A stretch of 63,900 nt of DNA, filler included, from Octopus bimaculoides (GCF_001194135.2; 4 parts of 4 records of this genome joined end to end with filler, not necessarily neighbours in it); one strand, 5' to 3'; positions 1 through 13,240 are shown, counted from the whole stretch's first letter. Translations and numbers: made by a program. The notes: a model not told the origin generated them from the sequence alone.

Positions 1-44
1 ATATATATATATATATATATATATAATTCATATAATATATAATT

Positions 45-202
45 TATCCATGTATCTGTCTCTTTATACATCATTCGTTTAACGTCCGCTTTCCATGCTA
101 GCATGGGTTGGAAGATTCCTCAGTCAAATCGTCCAACCCATGCTAGCATGGAAAGCAGACGTTAAACGACGAACGATGTATAAAGAGACAGATACATGGA
201 TA
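45..202. repeat. Near-perfect inverted repeat (~73-bp arms, 9-nt loop) of an RTE tail plus its flank
   Basis: tatccatgtatctgtctctttatacatc..gatt / aatc..gatgtataaagagacagatacatggata, loop cctcagtca at 118-126. Confidence 0.85.
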
Positions 203-626
203 TTATTTGTGCATTTGTATGACACTGAAAATGTGTATATGTACAAATATGTAAATACAATATATATATATGATGTGGGTATCTTTTTGGGTGTATATAT
301 ATGTGTGTGTGTTTATGTGTGTGTATATATATATGAATTCATATTAACGGTGAATTTAGTACACAGCACCGATGAGCTGAAATAACAACGAAGTATCAAT
401 ATCCGTCATTCTTGATCACCTTTGGAGTGATTCATTTCTTCTGGCTTTAACCCACATTGAAACCAGCCATATCTGGCTTAAATATTCTACCAATTTCATG
501 TTAAAACTGCCCAGATGTTAATGTGTTTGTCCCTTCTCCTTAGAGTTTAATAAACAATGTAGGTTTGTTTACATTCCTTAATTCAGCAGCTCAAGAAGAA
601 AATACACAGTAATATTCAAGGATAAA

Positions 627-859
627 GGCAGCGAGCTAGCAGAAACGTTAGCACGTTGGGTGAAATGCTTAGCGGTATTTCGTTTGCCGTTACATTCTGA
701 GTTCAAATTCCGCTGAGGTTGACTTTGCCTTTCATCCTTTCGGGGGGTAGATAAATTAAGTACCAGTTATGCACTGGGGTCGATGTAATCGACTGATTCC
801 CTTTGTCTGTCTTGCTTGTCCCCTCTATGTTTAGCCCCTTGTGGGCAATAAAGAAATAA
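627..859 (+). mobile_element. SINE family A (tRNA-type head ggcgagctggcagaa..), full length with 15-bp TSD
   Basis: TSD gtaatattcaaggat at 609-623 and 860-874. B-box-like gagttcaaattcc. The core gactttgcctttcatcctttcggggtcgataaattaagtacc resembles, from memory, the MetaSINE domain. Confidence 0.85.
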
Positions 860-1392
860 GTAATATTCAAGGATTTTTTTTAAAACAAAGAACAAAAAAA
901 AAAAATGTGGATCTTTCATGCCACAAAATACTACTCTTAGGTTTCCAAATTTTAAATTTCCAACATAATTTATATGAGTCAAATCCGATGGTCTTTTATG
1001 CATGAATGAGAATTAACAAAATTGTGATCAATAAGTAAATTGCCATATAAGTTGATACCACAGGCCAATAACCATTAAGATACTTCACCCGATAATTATT
1101 ACAAATACTGATAAATTTATATTTATGATTGTCAGTAATTAGCTCTCATTGATTCTAATTTTAATGTCCTAGATTCAAAGTGACCGAATGAAAGAGAAGA
1201 ATGAGTTTGTTTTAAAATTTGCANNNNNNNNNNNNNNNNNNNNNNNNNNNNNNNNNNNNNNNNNNNNNNNNNNNNNNNNNNNNNNNNNNNNNNNNNNNNN
1301 NNNNNNNNNNNNNNNNNNNNNNNNNNNNNNNNNNNNNNNNNNNNNNNNNNNNNNNNNNNNNNNNNNNNNNNNNNNNNNNNNNNNNNNNNNNN

Positions 1393-1975
1393 GGCCATGT
1401 TGGAGCACCACTTTCTAAAATTCTTTTGTCATACAAATTGACCCTGGTACTTATTTTATTGATCTCATTTGCCAAACTGCTAAGTTACGGGGACATAAAC
1501 ACACCAACACCAGTTGTCAAGTGATGGTGGAGGGGGACAAACACAGACACAAACAGACACATATATATAACATGCTTCTTTCAGTTTCTTATTCCTTTAC
1601 TGCCCACAAGGGGCTACACACAGAGGGGACAAACAAGGACAGACAAACGGATTAAGTTGATTATAGCGACCCCAGTGCGTAACTGGTACTTAATTTATCG
1701 ACCCAGAAAGGATGAACGACAAAGTCGACCTCAGCGGAATTTGAACTCAGAACGTAGCAGCAGATGAAATACCACTAAGCATTTCGCCCGGCATGCTAAC
1801 GTTTCTGCCAGCTCGCCGCCTTTCAGTTTCTGTCTACCAAATCCACTCACAAGGCTTTGGTCAACCAGATGCTAGAGTAGAAGACTCTTCCTTGCCCAAG
1901 GTGTCATGCAATGAGACTGAACCCAGAACCATGTGGTTGGGAAGCATACTTCTTTCCACACAGCCATGCCTGAGC
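1393..1975 (-). mobile_element. SINE family B (head ggcgcaggagtggctgtgtggtaag), interrupted
   Basis: Halves at 1393-1589 and 1820-1975 match the full copies at 10215-10643 and 44103-44590. Confidence 0.8.
1590..1820 (-). mobile_element. SINE family A nested in a family B SINE
   Basis: TSD ctttcagtttct at 1578-1589 and 1820-1831. Confidence 0.85.
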
Positions 1976-3074
1976 TTATTGTTCGAGTTTGTAATGTACT
2001 TCTTGTTAAGTCATTGACAGGGCCTTACTCTTTCAGTGAACCTGTCAAACCCTTTTTTCTTTTATTTTTTTATTCATAGGTGGAAGCATGCCTAATAAGC
2101 ATGCTTCACAACCACATGGTTTCAGGCTCAGTTCTACTGTTAGATATATATCCAGAGAGCAAAGAGAGGGTTTACGATGGCTGTTTTTGTGAAAAAGGAA
2201 GTTAGTACAGATGGCTTAACTAACTTAAAGCCTAAAATGTCCCACAAATCTACTGCAAAAACAAAAATAATAGAGTATGCATGGCAACAACTGTCAAGAG
2301 CATTCAAGAAACGGTCACAAAGTGCAGTAAATCTAGGATTGGGGATTATTTTCAAGTATGTTTATTTTTTTACTTTTGTTTTTTTTTTTCCAGGAGGAGG
2401 AGGAGTTGGCTGGAAGGGGTTAGCAAAGCAGGGGTTATATCATATATATTTTTTTGTCTGTTGTTTTTTTTTTTGTGGGTGTTTAGGTGTTGGAAGTTTG
2501 GTGAATGAATGATGTAGGGAGGGGTTTGCTTATCATCGGTCAAGGACCCACTTTTGTTTGCATTTTGCTGGCAGCAAGTTCTATGTTGTTCAAAAGCAAA
2601 AAAAAAAAAAACGGTGACAGGAGAAAAAGAAAACTCAAAAAAACGGTTTGTCCGGACATGTCCTGTTGTCGTTCAANNNNNNNNNNNNNNNNNNNNNNNN
2701 NNNNNNNNNNNNNNNNNNNNNNNNNNNNNNNNNNNNNNNNNNNNNNNNNNNNNNNNNNNNNNNNNNNNNNNNNNNNNNNNNNNNNNNNNNNNNNNNNNNN
2801 NNNNNNNNNNNNNNNNNNNNNNNNNNNNNNNNNNNNNNNNNNNNNNNNNNNNNNNNNNNNNNNNNNNNNNNNNNNNNNNNNNNNNNNNNNNNNNNNNNNN
2901 NNNNNNNNNNNNNNNNNNNNNNNNNNNNNNNNNNNNNNNNNNNNNNNNNNNNNNNNNNNNNNNNNNNNNNNNNNNNNNNNNNNNNNNNNNNNNNNNNNNN
3001 NNNNNNNNNNNNNNNNNNNNNNNNNNNNNNNNNNNNNNNNNNNNNNNNCACACACACAAACACACATACTCACT

Positions 3075-3390
3075 AGCACTCCATTGGTTACGACAAGGTT
3101 CCAGTTGATCCGATCAACCAAACAGCCTACTCATAAAATTAACATGCAAGTGGCTGAGCACTCCACAGACACGTGTACCCTTAACGTAGTTCTCAGGGAG
3201 ATTCAGCTTGAGACAGAGTGTGACAAGGCTGGCCCTTTGAAGTACAGGTAACCTCACTTTTACCAGGTGAGTTGACTGGAGCAACATGAAATAAAATGCC
3301 TTGCTACGGGTTACAACATGCCACAAGGTATCCAACTCATAACCTTTACAACTGTGAGCTGAGTACCTTAACCACTTGGCCACGCACCTT
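3075..3390 (-). mobile_element. SINE family D-like copy
   Basis: Body ccagttgatccgatcaa..gcaagtggctgagcactccacagacacgtgtacc, with head region ctggagcaacatgaaataaaatgccttgc. Confidence 0.7.
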
Positions 3391-3469
3391 CACTACACAC
3401 ACAGATACACATGTATCCTCAAACCTAGTCTCTGGTTTGAGGATACCTTCCTCCTTCTCTCGCTCTCAA

Positions 3470-3630
3470 CAGTTTCAGAAACTTTGTTCAGCGTCATGGG
3501 TACTGCTTTCCCTCTTGACTAGAAGGCAAAAAAAAAAATCTTTAAAAAAATTTAAATAAATAAAAAGATATAAAGTACAAAAAGGGACATGGTCAGCAAT
3601 TTCAGTCTTGCCTATACATAAATGACAAGA
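3470..3630 (+). repeat. Unclassified dispersed ~160-bp repeat (second copy at ~8735-8880)
   Basis: ggtactgctttccctct..aaaagggaca..gcaatttcag..aaatgacaa is shared by both copies. Confidence 0.55.
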
Positions 3631-4177
3631 GGGTCATGGGTGGGATGCCTCAGATTATGGGGGGGGGGGGGCTCTGCTCAAGCAGAGCTGACTTGTTAAA
3701 TAACAGAAACATATAGGACACAGGTATATCTAAGTGGTTAAGAAGCTTGCTTCGTAACCATGTAGTCTTTGATTCAAGTCCCACTGTATGGCATCTTGGG
3801 CATCTTGAGTGGATTTGATAGATGGAAACTGAAAGAATCCCATCAGGTGCGTGCATGTGTGTGTGTGTACCCTTGTCTGGACATCACAAGTTGGTTGTAA
3901 AAGAGCATCACCATTGTACAAGTGATACTGTTTGAATCCAGTCTTCTCTGAAAAACGTTTCTGGCCATGGGGAAATATTACCTTTACCTGGAAAAAAGGT
4001 GAAGGTTGGTGTCAGGAAGGGCATCTGCCTCAACAAAATTCCATCTGACTCATGCAAGTAGATGTTAAAACGATGATAATTATGACGATGATGAAATAAG
4101 AAACAGATACATTAAATTATGTAAGGATGGTCACAGTTGTATTGTCTCTGATCATAAGTTTATTCTATCTGAATTAG

Positions 4178-4559
4178 TTGTTGTTGGCACTCCGTTGCTT
4201 ACGACGTCAAGGGTTCTAGTTGGTCCAATCAACGGAACAGCCTGCTCGTGAAATTAACGTGCAAGTGGCTGAGCACTCCACAGACACGTGTACTGTTAAC
4301 ATAGTTCTCGGGAATATTCAGCATAACACAGTGTGACAAGGCAGACCCTTTGAATTACAGGCACAACAGAAACAGGAAGTAAGAGTGAAAGTTGTGGTGG
4401 AAGAGTACAGCAGGGTTCGCCACCATCCCCTGCCGGAGCCTCGTGGAGCTGTAGGTGTTTTCGCTCAATAAACACTCACAACGCCCGCTCTGGGAATCGA
4501 AACCGCGATCCTACGACCGCGAGTCCGCTGCCCTAACCACTGGGCCATTGCGCCTCCAC
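4178..4559 (-). mobile_element. SINE family C (tRNA-like head gtggaggcgcaatggcccagtggttagggc..ggtttcgattcc), full length
   Basis: A and B boxes present, short direct repeat tgaatta on both sides, near-identical to 17845-18158 and 54756-55133. Confidence 0.85.
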
Positions 4560-4899
4560 AATGAATTAACCTGGAAGTTAAACAACCACCAACAGCAGCA
4601 ATATCATTAATAATGGGTCCCCTCCCATCATTGGTTGTGCTACACGGGTTACTAATATTCCCCACCCTCCAATAAAAAGCTCATCATTTTTACTGTTTTG
4701 TCTTGGGTCTGTGTTTTCAAGTGTAAAGGTTCTTTTGGAGAAACCTACCACCTGTTGGTGTGAAATGAAACTACAATATCAGATAGAAACACAGAGATAA
4801 GGAGCAGCGGAGAGACACAAGCGGTTAAGGGGGAAGACAAACACATGCACACACAAAGAAGAGGACAGATACACATACAAATAGGAAAGAGAAAGAGAC

Positions 4900-5276
4900 A
4901 CAGAGAATGGAGTGAACACATACACACATATATACACACACATATATACACACACATATATACACACACATACACACATATATACACACACATATATACA
5001 CACACATACACACAAGGGAGCAGAGATGCACACAGACACACACATTCCAACAAAGGAACAGAAGGAGACACAAAAATAGAGAGTGAGAGAATGAGAGAGA
5101 GAATTAGAGAGAGAGAATGAGAGAGAGAGAAAGAGAGAGAGAGAATGAGAGAGAGAGAGAATGAGAGAGAGAGAGAATGAGAGAGAGAATGACAGATGAA
5201 GAACAGAAAGGAGTGAAATGGAGAAAGATGGAGTGAGAGNNNNNNNNNNACAGAAAGGAGTGAAATGGAGAAAGAT

Positions 5277-5319
<43 letters not shown>

Positions 5320-6231
5320 TTGACATATAGGGGACAGAGAAAGACAGAGAGAAACAGAGGGAGAGGGAAAGAGAGATAAGGAGAGGAAGAAAGAGACTGG
5401 AAGGGAGAGAAAAAGAAGAGGGGAGAGAAAGGGGAGGATTTAGTGGAAAGAAAAGAAGGAAAGAGTTATGCAGAGAGACTGAGAGGGATGTAGAGTCTAT
5501 TAATCATCGCCCACAACACTTGAACACCTAAGTGTCTAGCTTTGTCAACAAGATCATTGGCGGTGGTGGTGGTGGTGGTGGTGTTGCCATAGTGACAATG
5601 GTAAATGTTGTGTGGGGGGGGAGAAGAAAGACTGTGGTGGTGGTGGTAGTAATGAAGCCTGCAGGTGATGGTGAAGATGGAAAGACAGAGGTAGAAAGCG
5701 AAGATGAGAAAGATGGTGACAGGCGGTCAGGAAGACAGGTGGTAGCATGGGTGGCGGTGGTGGCAGTAGGGAGCATCGATGATGGGGTAAAGGGTAGGGG
5801 TGGTGGTGGGGGGGATAAGAAACACTTCGGTAGGGATGTAGTAGAAGTAGCGTGGTGGGATGACAGTAAGAAATATGGGCGGAGGGCAGAGGAAAGGCTC
5901 TAAGGTAAATTGTGAAGGTGGTGACAGCAGTGACAATGATGACGCTGATGATGCTGGTGATGACAATAGTGATGATGCTGGTGATGACAATAGTGATGAT
6001 GCTGGTGATGAATGAAGACGACGACAATGGTGGTGATGGTGGTAGTAGTGGTGGTAGTGGTGGTGGTGGTGGTGGTGGTAGTAGTGGTGGTGATGGTGGT
6101 AGTAGTGGTAATGATAGTAGTTGTGACAATAGTGATGATGATGATGACGATGATATACGTATGTCTACTGAACCGAACAACAGGTTAAAAAATATACAAT
6201 TTACAACATATGCACACACACAAATACACCG

Positions 6232-6260
<29 letters not shown>
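4900..6260. repeat. Compound microsatellite/low-complexity block: (CA/TA)n, (GA)n, (GGT)n, (GAT)n
   Basis: Direct inspection. Confidence 0.9.
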
Positions 6261-6263
<3 letters not shown>

Positions 6264-6483
6264 AGACACACAGACACCGCCACCCACATGATAAACATTT
6301 ATTTTTTTTGTCTTTTTATCTCATTCTGAAAAGTCTCTCTCTTTAATGAATCTTCACTAACATTTACCAGAGACAACCCACAATGATCCCCAAAGCTGTG
6401 ATCACCATTAACCATCACCACCCCCACTACCAATGCCAACACTCCTATAACACCATCATCTGTTGCCTCACATTTGCCATAAG

Positions 6484-6518
<35 letters not shown>

Positions 6519-6900
6519 CATATTTATTGGTGTATGTGCAGTTATATATATGTAGATAGATATATAAACACACACATATATACACCTATATTTATATAGA
6601 CACATCAGTATGAGTTAAACAGAGTACAAAATTTATTAGCAAATTTAGGACAATCATCATAATATTTCAATTATTTACACACACATACATATGTATATAT
6701 ACATAATATATACATATATATATACACGCACATATATACACATGTATACATATATATCTATTTACATACATAGATATGAATACATACACACATATAGATA
6801 TATCTACATATGTATGCATACATTTTTACAAATATATATATCTATCTATCTATCTATATATATATATATTTTATATATATATATACATATATATTTACAA

Positions 6901-6949
<49 letters not shown>

Positions 6950-7312
6950 NNNNNNNNNNNNNNNNNNNNNNNNNNNNNNNNNNNNNNNNNNNNNNNNNNN
7001 NNNNNNNNNNNNNNNNNNNNNNNNNNNNNNNNNNNNNNNNNNNNNNNNNNNNNNNNNNNNNNNNNNNNNNNNNNNNNNNNNNNNNNNNNNNNNNNNNNNN
7101 NNNNNNNNNNNNNNNNNNNNNNNNNNNNNNNNNNNNNNNNNNNNNNNNNNNNNNNNNNNNNNNNNNNNNNNNNNNNNNNNNNNNNNNNNNNNNNNNNNNN
7201 NNNNNNNNNNNNNNNNNNNNNNNNNNNNNNNNNNNNNNNNNNNNNNNNNNNNNNNNNNNNNNNNNNNNNNNNNNNNNNNNNNNNNNNNNNNNNNNNNNNN
7301 NNNNNNNNNNNN

Positions 7313-7357
<45 letters not shown>

Positions 7358-7366
7358 TATTTACAA

Positions 7367-7403
<37 letters not shown>

Positions 7404-8000
7404 CATACATACATTACACACACACACATATATATATATATACATGTACATACACACATATATATATACATGTACATACACACACATATATATATATATA
7501 TATATAAACATACATACATATACACATATAGAGACAGATATACAAGTGTTTAATATATCTGTATGTATATGTGTACATGTGTATATAACATGTATGTTTA
7601 TCCCATATAGATAACCATCATGACATACATTAATAGTAGTATAAGCAGCATCCACATCACGCTGCTTCATCATTATCATCAAATAATAGGTTAACATACT
7701 TCGTTATTTTACTGCTCTTACAAGGATTCCATCAACATCATCATCATCATCATCATACCTTTCAGTGACAATAATTTAAAATAATTTTTTTGTTTTTTGG
7801 GTTGTCTTTTCTTTTTTGTTTTGTTTTGTTTTTTGTCTCTTCATTTTGTGTGAATCCACTTTACTTGGCTTCTTGCAGCCTGATCGTTATCATCACCATC
7901 ATCATCATGGAATAATAATAATAATAATAATAATAAAATATTAATAATAATAATAGTAGTAATAATAATAATAATAAAATATTAATAATAATAATAATAA

Positions 8001-8225
8001 ACGTAAAATACTGTCTATGTGATCTCAAATTTTAAAGCAAACACACAATTTTCTTATGGTTTCTTAAACATTCTCTAGAACAACACTATGTACAAATCCA
8101 AATATATGGTACCCTAGGCATAACACCTACATGAACTTCTAACTTGTTGTCTCTTGAGGTCTCTGGGTGAGACTTGGATCCAACTTGTACAAATGCAAAA
8201 CAAAAGTCAAACATAAAATAATAAT
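8001..8225 (+). mobile_element. 5'-truncated R4/Dong-like family A copy inside (TAA)n
   Basis: Near-identical to 30333-30555, with (TAA)n on both sides. Confidence 0.75.
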
Positions 8226-9169
8226 AATAATAATAATAAAATATTAATAATAATAATAATGATGATGATGATGATAATAATAATAAAATAATAATAATAA
8301 TCCTTTCTACTATAGGCACAAGGCCAGGAATTTGTGGGGAAGGGGGACAAGTCAAATTACATCAACCACAGTACTCGACTGGTACTTAATTTATCGACCC
8401 CTCAAAAAGATAAAAGGCAAATATTGTTTGGGGTTTTTCTCATGAAGTATTTATTACCCTTTAACATTTAAAGGCATATTTCATAATTCTATTTATTAAT
8501 TACCTGATTCTCTTTCAAAAATATTGTTAGCCCTTTATTTTTTACTTTTTCCAGTCATTAGACTGTGGCCATGCTGTAGCACTGCTTTGAACAGTTTTGT
8601 CAAACAAATCAATCCAGTACTCGGGTTTTTCTTTCTAAAGTTTGGTTCTAATTCTATCAGTCTCTTTTGCCAAACTGCTTAGTTACAGGAGTGTAAACAG
8701 ACTAACACTGGTAGTTAAGCGGTGGGGATGTGCCACAAAACTTTAAGCGTCCTAGGTACTGCTTCCCCTCTCCACTAAAAGGCACAAAAATATATTTTAA
8801 ATAATAAATAAAAATAGATATAAAATATAAAAAGGGACACAGAGAGCAATTTCAGCCATGGATACACACAAATGACAACACATACACACACAATGTATGA
8901 CAGGCTTCTGCACAATTTCCAGCTGCCAAATTCACTCACAAGACATTGGTCAGCTTGAAGCTATAGTAGAAAATACACGTCCTAGGTACCATGTAGTGGG
9001 CCTTTCCTCAAAGCCCTGTGGTTGCAAGATGAGCTTCTAAATGATATGCTGCACTTATACATAATTTTATTAATATTTATTTCTTCAACGATAAATTAAA
9101 ACAACGATGCCCTTTTTTTGTCTTTTATTCTTCCTCCTTTTTAATTTAATCACGCATTTATATTGTGAA

Positions 9170-9730
9170 CAATACCAGTGGAGCGCTTGGCACCTGTACC
9201 AGTAGAGCCCTTGGCACCTGTACCAGCAGAGCCCTTGGCACCTGTACCAGCAGAGCCCTTGGCACTTGTACCAGTGGAGCACTAAGAGCACCGTCTGTGT
9301 GTGATCATTGCCAGAGCAGCTGTCTGGCTTCCGTGCCAGTGGCACATAAATAGCACCATTTGAGTGTGATCGTTATCAGCATCACCTTCCTGGCGCTTAT
9401 GCCGGTGGCACATGAAAAGACATTCGAGCGAAGTCATTGCCAGTGCCACGAGACTGGATCCTGTGCAGGTGGCACGTAAAATACACCATTTCGAGCATGG
9501 CCGTTGCCAGTACCGTGTGACTGGCCTTTGTGCCGGTGGAACGTAAAAGCACCCACTACACTCTCGGAGTGGTTGGTGCTAGGAAGGGCATCCAGCTGTA
9601 GAAACTCTGCCAGATCAGATTGGAGCCTGGTGTAGCCATCTGGTTCGCCAGTCCTCAGTCAAACCGTCCAACCCATGCTAGCATGGAAAGCGGACGTTAA
9701 ACAATGATGATGATGATGATGATGATCATA
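9170..9730 (+). mobile_element. RTE-type LINE 3' UTR/tail including a 21-bp tandem repeat (~9185-9275)
   Basis: Ends ccaacccatgctagcatggaaagcggacgttaaac(gat)n. The repeat unit is gcccttggcacctgtaccagc(a). Confidence 0.7.
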
Positions 9731-10214
9731 GGTTTCCAATGAACCAATTGCAGGATTAGCTGCATTTCTTGATAGCAAGAACAACGAAAAGGGTGTCCAT
9801 GTAACTTGGACAGAATGAACATCACAAGGTACATTTTGCTGTTGTTGTTGTTTAACATGACACTTGATGTGTATATCTTCCACTCACTTACACAAAGCAA
9901 TTTTCTGTGCAGGTTCCACCAACCAAGTTTCAATTACAAGGTATTTTTGTTCGAATGTGTTGGTTTTATAATTTTTTTAAAATATTTTTATGCCTTTTTA
10001 TTCCACCCCCTTACTCCTGCACACATCTGAGCAATGACTTTTCAATCCTTCGCTTTCCCACAAATGTCCTGAAGAAGGGATTATAACCCTGAAATATAGA
10101 AATACAAGGTAAAACTGCAACGTCATTTTGTTTTGTTTTCTTTCCTTTTCCTTTTCCAGTTTACTTTGTACCTTCTAGTACTGTACCAGCAGTACACAAC
10201 AAACCTCTTTTATA

Positions 10215-10421
10215 CTCTCTCTCTTTTACTCTTTTACTTGTTTCAGTCATTTGACTGTGGCCATGCTTGAGCACCGCCTTTAGTCAAGCGAATCAACCCC
10301 AGGAGTTATTCTTTGGAAGCCTAGTACTTATTCTATTGGCCTTTTTTTGCCGAACCGCTAAGTTACGGGAACGCAAACACACCAGCATCGGTTGTCAAGC
10401 GATGTTGGGGGACAAACACAG

Positions 10422-10478
<57 letters not shown>

Positions 10479-10643
10479 CACGATGGGCTTCTTTCAGTTT
10501 CCGTCTACCAAATCCACTCACAAGGCTTTGGTTGGCCCGAAGCTATAATAGAAGACACTTGCCCAAGGTGCCATGCAGTGGGACTGAACCCGGAACCATG
10601 TGGTTTGTAAGCAAGCTACTTACCACACAGCCACTCCTACGCC
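10215..10643 (-). mobile_element. SINE family B, full length
   Basis: Head, internal (TA/CA)n microsatellite and aagagtaaaagagag tail. Confidence 0.85.
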
Positions 10644-12024
10644 TATGATGAGCTTTTATCTTTCATTAAGCTTATTTTTAGAATAGTACAATGTGTGATT
10701 TAAAGGGGATCTGGCTGCTATTTTCAATGTAACAAATCTTGGAGATCAAAGTCTGCAGAAGGCGAGGAAGAGGCTGACTGACTTCCAAGTTAATAATGTC
10801 AAGCCATGGACATCAAACAGTGCCAGTAACTAGATACAAGCACAAACCGTTCACAAGCGGTCGACTTCTTGGATAGTTGTCCAAGAGTTCCTCTAGTGAT
10901 TCTGAATATTTGTGTTTACAAACCTTTTCCCTCGATACCAATACCAAAACCAAGCCCTCATTAGCAAATTGGTGCAATTGTCATGCAACAATGGTGTTAG
11001 TTTACTGCCTCTTGACAGCAATCCCAACACATTTATTGACCAATCAACATCGAGGAAATTCAATACTTCATTCATCAACTGGGGAGGAGAGAAAATATGA
11101 GGGGTGGGGCAAAGAAAGAAATAACCGAAGCAATAAAGAAAGAGAGAGAGAGAGTCTTGCGACTAACTAAAATAACTTGTAGTACTTAGCAATTTTACAG
11201 TTTTTCTTCAACATTCTGAGTTCAAATCCCTCAGGAGTCAGACTTTGTCTTTTATCTCTCTGGGATCAATAAAACACAAACACACTGTGAGATATGTGTA
11301 TGGGTAGTGTGGGGTGAGGGTGGGAACAGAAATGGGGGGGGGGTTAGAGTACTTCAATTCAATTGAACGTAATACTTAGTCATATAAATTTGTGGCCTTG
11401 TGCCANNNNNNNNNNNNNNNNNNNNNNNNNNNNNNNNNNNNNNNNNNNNNNNNNNNNNNNNNNNNNNNNNNNNNNNNNNNNNNNNNNNNNNNNNNNNNNN
11501 NNNNNNNNNNNNNNNNNNNNNNNNNNNNNNNNNNNNNNNNNNNNNNNNNNNNNNNNNNNNNNNNNNNNNNNNNNNNNNNNNNNNNNNNNNNNNNNNNNNN
11601 NNNNNNNNNNNNNNNNNNNNNNNNNNNNNNNNNNNNNNNNNNNNNNNNNNNNNNNNNNNNNNNNNNNNNNNNNNNNNNNNNNNNNNNNNNNNNNNNNNNN
11701 NNNNNNNNNNNNNNNNNNNNNNNNNNNNNNNNNNNNNNNNNNNNNNNNNNNNNNNNNNNNNNNNNNNNNNNNNNNNNNNNNNNNNNNNNNNNNNNNNNNN
11801 NNNNNNNNNNNNNNNNNNNNNNNNNNNNNNNNNNNNNNNNNNNNNNNNNNNNNNNNNNNNNTTGTGTGTGTACATATGACAGAGAGAGATAAATCAACAG
11901 CTTGGCTGGCTATGTTCAAGGCTACAGACACAATGGCTGATTGATTGCTCCATGGTGGCTTCCAGGCTCGGAATAAATGGGAACTGTCGCATTTATGCCT
12001 TTCCCAAAAGTATAAACCCACACA

Positions 12025-12250
12025 TTATTAGCACTTTTGTTTCCATATTTCTGTTGAAGTACAAAGTCTTTGTTTCAATTGAAGATTTTAAAATAATGAA
12101 GAATTCATTAATAATTTTGTCGTTAATTTGATGTTTGGAGCATAAATTAACATGAAATTTTGAAGGAAGGTTTAATTAAGATCACTTTAACCCTTTCGTT
12201 ATCATATTTCTGATGAAATACACTGCCTTTGCACATTACAATTAATTTAG
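12025..12250 (+). mobile_element. Possible piggyBac-like MITE fragments (TTAA-CCCTT start at ~12188)
   Basis: ttaaccctttcgttatcatatttctgatgaaatacactgcctttg repeats the upstream ccatatttctgttgaagtacaaagtctttg. Confidence 0.4.
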
Positions 12251-12264
12251 TAAATGCTGAACCG

Positions 12265-12530
12265 CTAATTTAGGCAGACGTAAACACACCCTCGTCAGTT
12301 GTCAAGCGATGGTGGGGGATGACAAACAGACACGAAGACACACACACATACACATCAATATATATATATATATATATATAAACACACGCACACACACAAT
12401 GGACTTCTTTCAGTTTCCGTCTATCAAATCCATTCACAAAGTTTTGGTCAGCCTGAGGCTATAGTAGAAGACACTTGCCCAGAGTGCCATGCAATGAGAC
12501 TGAACTCGGAACCATGTGGATGGGAAGCAA
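12265..12530 (-). mobile_element. SINE family B, partial
   Basis: Matches the family B head and microsatellite region. Confidence 0.7.
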
Positions 12531-12545
12531 TAATAATAATAATGA

Positions 12546-12932
12546 TAACAAGAGCACTCAGAGAGCGCAAACTTCCTCCAAAGCAAAACCAACATCCTCT
12601 CAATGATTAGCCAGAGATGATTTTTAGAATGAGAATATCTAAAACAAACTCAACTGCTCTCACAAGTGAGAATACTAAAAATGAACCCGACCACTCTTAA
12701 TAATCAAGTAAAAAAAAAAAAAACGGAAAAATAATCCAGAATCCTTGTCTGGTAGTGGATTATGCCCAAAATCTTATCAGTTTGTGCCAGTTACGTACGA
12801 GGCCAAACATCCCTGAAAGTTTCAGCTGAATCCATCCAGCAGTTCTTGAGATATCTTGTCCACAGACAAACAAACAAAGAAACAAACACAACTGAAAACA
12901 ATATCTCAGCCTTCGCTAAGGTGGAGATAATA
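12546..12932 (+). mobile_element. Helentron-type non-autonomous element (HINE/DINE-1-like)
   Basis: Starts aacaagagcactcagagagcgcaaac-ttcctccaaagc, has an internal (AAAC)n tract, and ends with the hairpin ctcagcctt-cgct-aaggtggag at 12905-12926. Confidence 0.65.
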
Positions 12933-13240
12933 AACAGAAAGGTTGTTCCTGTTGCCATCAGAGCATTGGATTCACTGCCACCCAACCCAAAGAAACATCT
13001 GGACACTTTAGAAAATATTCTACAATCTTGGTATATTGCAAAAATCGGTTTTCCTTGAAACTGCATGCATACTGTACATTGAAACTGCACACATTCTGCA
13101 TAAAGTACAGTCTATTTGAGGGCCTTGTTGTGACTTGACAAACAGTACAAACCCCAGGTAGACACAATATCTTCAATCTACAACATCTCAATATCATACA
13201 GTGCGCAGCATCTTCCATAATAATAATAATAATAATAACA
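12933..13240 (+). mobile_element. R4/Dong-like LINE 3' end (family B) with (ATA)n tail
   Basis: VVPVAIRALDSLPPNPKKHLDTL..ILQKSVFLETA-type terminal peptide, with a 3' UTR shared with the 37.2-kb copy. Confidence 0.7.

Noticed and set aside
2177-2512. 111-aa ORF MAVFVKKEVSTDG..
   Set aside because: No recognisable domain, and the second half is T-rich low complexity.
4490-4559. tRNA gene (also 54756-54830 and 49945-50015)
   Set aside because: A/B boxes are present, but the sequence continues into a multi-copy SINE body and I could not fold a full cloverleaf.
5532-6346. Gly/Asp/Met-rich ORFs as low-complexity proteins
   Set aside because: Open in several frames on both strands because of (GGT)n/(GAT)n repeats; no splice or domain support.
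9185-9275. 21-bp tandem repeat as a CRISPR-like array
   Set aside because: No unique spacers; it is an internal tandem repeat of an RTE 3' UTR in a eukaryotic genome.
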